Under the pieces are notes generated by a model. That model was not told the origin of the DNA, ran no database searches, and worked only from the letters and a program-made list of their open reading frames with translations. The position numbers and the translations under genes are program-made. Shown piece by piece: positions 62,303 through 64,000 of a DNA stretch of 64,000 nucleotides. Origin of the DNA: an uncultured bacterium (GTDB lineage Bacteria > Bacteroidota > Bacteroidia > Bacteroidales > Rikenellaceae). The stretch is taken from positions 143,441 through 207,440 of the forward strand of contig CAJMNH010000004.1 in the NCBI GenBank assembly GCA_905214725.1, read 5' to 3'. Every line of letters starts with the position of its first letter. The stretch's first letter is position 1.

Positions 62303-63460
62303 TTAACGGATCCTTTTTTCGACTTCGGCGGTAGCCGCGGCGATCTCGTCGATCACGGGATCGGTCGCGGGAATCGACGTAATCTCCGACACGGCCTGAC
62401 GCAGTCCCTTGGCTGCGATCAGCTCCTGCATCTTGACGCTCTGCGGGTCTTCGGGATTGTTGTAGTGCAGCGCAGCGCCGATACCGAGCAACAGTTTGTC
62501 GCAAGGCAGGCCGTATTCGCGGGCGGTCATCATCGGCTTCACCAAACGGTCGGTCGACGAGAGTTTGCGCAGCGGCTCGCGCCCCACACGCGTCACGTCG
62601 TCTTTCAGATAAGGATTCTTGAAGCGACCGATAATCTTGTCGATGTATTTGAAATGGGTGTCGCGGTCGAAACCGAACTTGTCGACCAACGCCTGTCCGC
62701 TCTGCTGCATCGCCTCCTTGACGATAGCGAAGATTTCGGGATCAGCGATGCTCTCGTCGATCGTCCTGAGCCCCTTCATCCGGCCCAGATAGGCCGTGAT
62801 GGCGTGACCCGTATTGAGCGTAAAGAGCTTGCGCTCGATATAGGCCAGCAGGTTGTCGGCGAGATTCATTCCCTCGATATGCGGCGCACCGCCCACGAAC
62901 GATTTCTCCTCGACGTTCCACTCGTAAAAGTTCTCCACCACCACGTCGATGGGATTTTCGCTGCGCACGGGCGGCACGATGCGGTCGACCGAACAGTCGG
63001 CGAATCCGACGTGGGCGTCGCACCATGCGGCGTCTTCGGCCGAGAGATGCTTGTAGACCTCCTCCTTCAACTGCGAAGTAGCGCGGATGCCGTTTTCGCA
63101 GGCGACGACGTTCAGCTGCGTCTCGATACCGGCGGCACGGCGCGCGGCGATTCCCTTGGCGATGGCCGGCGCGATGAAAGGCAGGATACGCAGCCCGACG
63201 GCCGTGGTAATGATCTCGGCGCGCACGATCTCGTCGACGATGGCGTCGCTGCCCGAATTGACGCCCGAAATATCGGTGATCCGCACGTCGCGGCTCTCCA
63301 CGTCCATGATATGCACGGTATAGGCGCCGTCCTTGTTGATACGGTCGATGACTTCCATGTTCACATCGGCGAATACCACATGATATCCCGCCTGTGAAAG
63401 TACTGCGCCGATGAATCCGCGGCCGATATTGCCCGCGCCGAATTGAATTGCTCTTTTCAT
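62303..63460 (-). CDS. mtlD: Mannitol-1-phosphate 5-dehydrogenase
   Basis: 385 aa. Collinear with E. coli MtlD (FGAGNIGRGFIG, VDRIVPP, KLFTLNTGHAITAYLG, NPYLKDDVTRVGREPLRKLS). Confidence 0.9.
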   Translation of the reverse strand: MKRAIQFGAGNIGRGFIGAVLSQAGYHVVFADVNMEVIDRINKDGAYTVHIMDVESRDVRITDISGVNSGSDAIVDEIVRAEIITTAVGLRILPFIAPAIAKGIAARRAAGIETQLNVVACENGIRATSQLKEEVYKHLSAEDAAWCDAHVGFADCSVDRIVPPVRSENPIDVVVENFYEWNVEEKSFVGGAPHIEGMNLADNLLAYIERKLFTLNTGHAITAYLGRMKGLRTIDESIADPEIFAIVKEAMQQSGQALVDKFGFDRDTHFKYIDKIIGRFKNPYLKDDVTRVGREPLRKLSSTDRLVKPMMTAREYGLPCDKLLLGIGAALHYNNPEDPQSVKMQELIAAKGLRQAVSEITSIPATDPVIDEIAAATAEVEKRIR

Positions 63461-63492
63461 ATCGTTGTTAAAAATTAATTGATGGTTTTCAT

Positions 63493-64000
63493 TTAGAACT
63501 GCTCCAGCCAGTCGAGCACATAGTGCTGCCAGCAGTCGATGTACTTGAATTCGGGCTTGATCCCCCAGCCGTGATCGCCCGAAGGAAAGACGTGGATCGA
63601 GGCCTTTACCCCGTTACGTTTGAGCGCCTCGTAGAAAAGCAGGCTGTTGACGGGCGGCACGATGCGGTCGTCGTCGCTCAGCAGCAGCAATGTCGGGGGC
63701 GTAAGTGCCGAAACACGCTTCTCGAGCGAATAGTTGCGGGCCTTTTCGGGCGAATACCCCTTGCCCAACAAACACTCGAACGATCGTTTGTGCAACTTTC
63801 CCTTCTCTGCCGTAATAACCGGATAGAAGAGCACCATGAAAGCGGGCTTCTCGTCCGAGATCGTGCCGGTGCTGGCCGCCAGATGACCGCCCGCCGACGA
63901 ACCGACGATGCCGACCCGCGACGCATCGCAGCCCCACTCGGCAGCGTGATCCTGCAGGATGCGCAATGCCTGCTCGGCATCGTTGCGCGGCACCTCGCAG
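63493..64000 (-). CDS. Alpha/beta hydrolase (esterase), N-terminus cut by window edge
   Basis: Nucleophile elbow GSSAGGH, plus downstream Asp and GDHGW His motifs. The reading frame stays open to the window end, so the M at 63993 is probably internal. Confidence 0.7.
   Translation of the reverse strand, partial: CEVPRNDAEQALRILQDHAAEWGCDASRVGIVGSSAGGHLAASTGTISDEKPAFMVLFYPVITAEKGKLHKRSFECLLGKGYSPEKARNYSLEKRVSALTPPTLLLLSDDDRIVPPVNSLLFYEALKRNGVKASIHVFPSGDHGWGIKPEFKYIDCWQHYVLDWLEQF

Noticed and set aside
1-64000. Scan for CRISPR arrays, rRNA, IS elements/transposases, integrases, toxin-antitoxin pairs or recognisable defence-system genes
   Set aside because: I saw no regularly spaced direct repeats and no ORF with transposase, integrase, Cas, restriction or abortive-infection hallmarks. 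The only accessory-looking locus is 45.8-49.9 kb.

Overview
This is a 64-kb chromosomal segment from a GC-rich member of the Bacteroidota. Supporting signs: AT-rich intergenic regions carrying TAnnTTTG -7 promoter boxes, many lipoproteins, fimbrillin-family genes, and a MurF-Alr fusion. An Alistipes/Rikenellaceae-like origin is my inference only.

I support about 58 CDS and one tRNA-Gln. I found no rRNA, CRISPR array, transposase, integrase or prophage block.

Gene order, left to right:
- A TetR-TolC-MFP-RND efflux operon; the RND gene is cut by the left edge.
- An HD hydrolase, two tandem DUF805 genes and a POT peptide transporter.
- A roughly 1-kb AT-rich spacer with one orphan gene, then glgB.
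- A long minus-strand housekeeping array: DUF5131, YhcH, EEP, rhomboid, mutL, small TM protein, dnaJ, grpE, methylase, murF-alr, mutS2, MlaD, amidase.
- LptD-like gene, tRNA-Gln, nupG, and an oxyR/peroxiredoxin/mini-ferredoxin module.
- S1/P1 nuclease, two tandem M3 peptidases, rsmE, and a split chromate transporter.
- A U32 / SAM-methyltransferase / small membrane protein operon.
- The accessory locus described below.
- serS, ferredoxin, DUF4251, M16 peptidase, DUF456, panD, panC, M49 peptidase, DUF4136-like lipoprotein plus OM barrel, GDPD, mtlD, and a truncated alpha/beta hydrolase.

The most interesting region is 45.8-49.9 kb. It holds two tandem cassettes. Each has an unannotated small acidic peptide ORF followed by a fimbrillin-like surface lipoprotein with a different C-terminal domain; one of these is a clear bacterial PI-PLC domain. 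Upstream sits a 231-bp AT-rich segment bracketed by a perfect 17-bp inverted repeat and containing a consensus promoter box. That is the architecture of a phase-variable invertible promoter.

Limits: all family calls rest on motif recognition by eye, with no database search. The supplied ORF track renders non-ATG starts (for example TTG) as M, so I re-checked and trimmed several starts.
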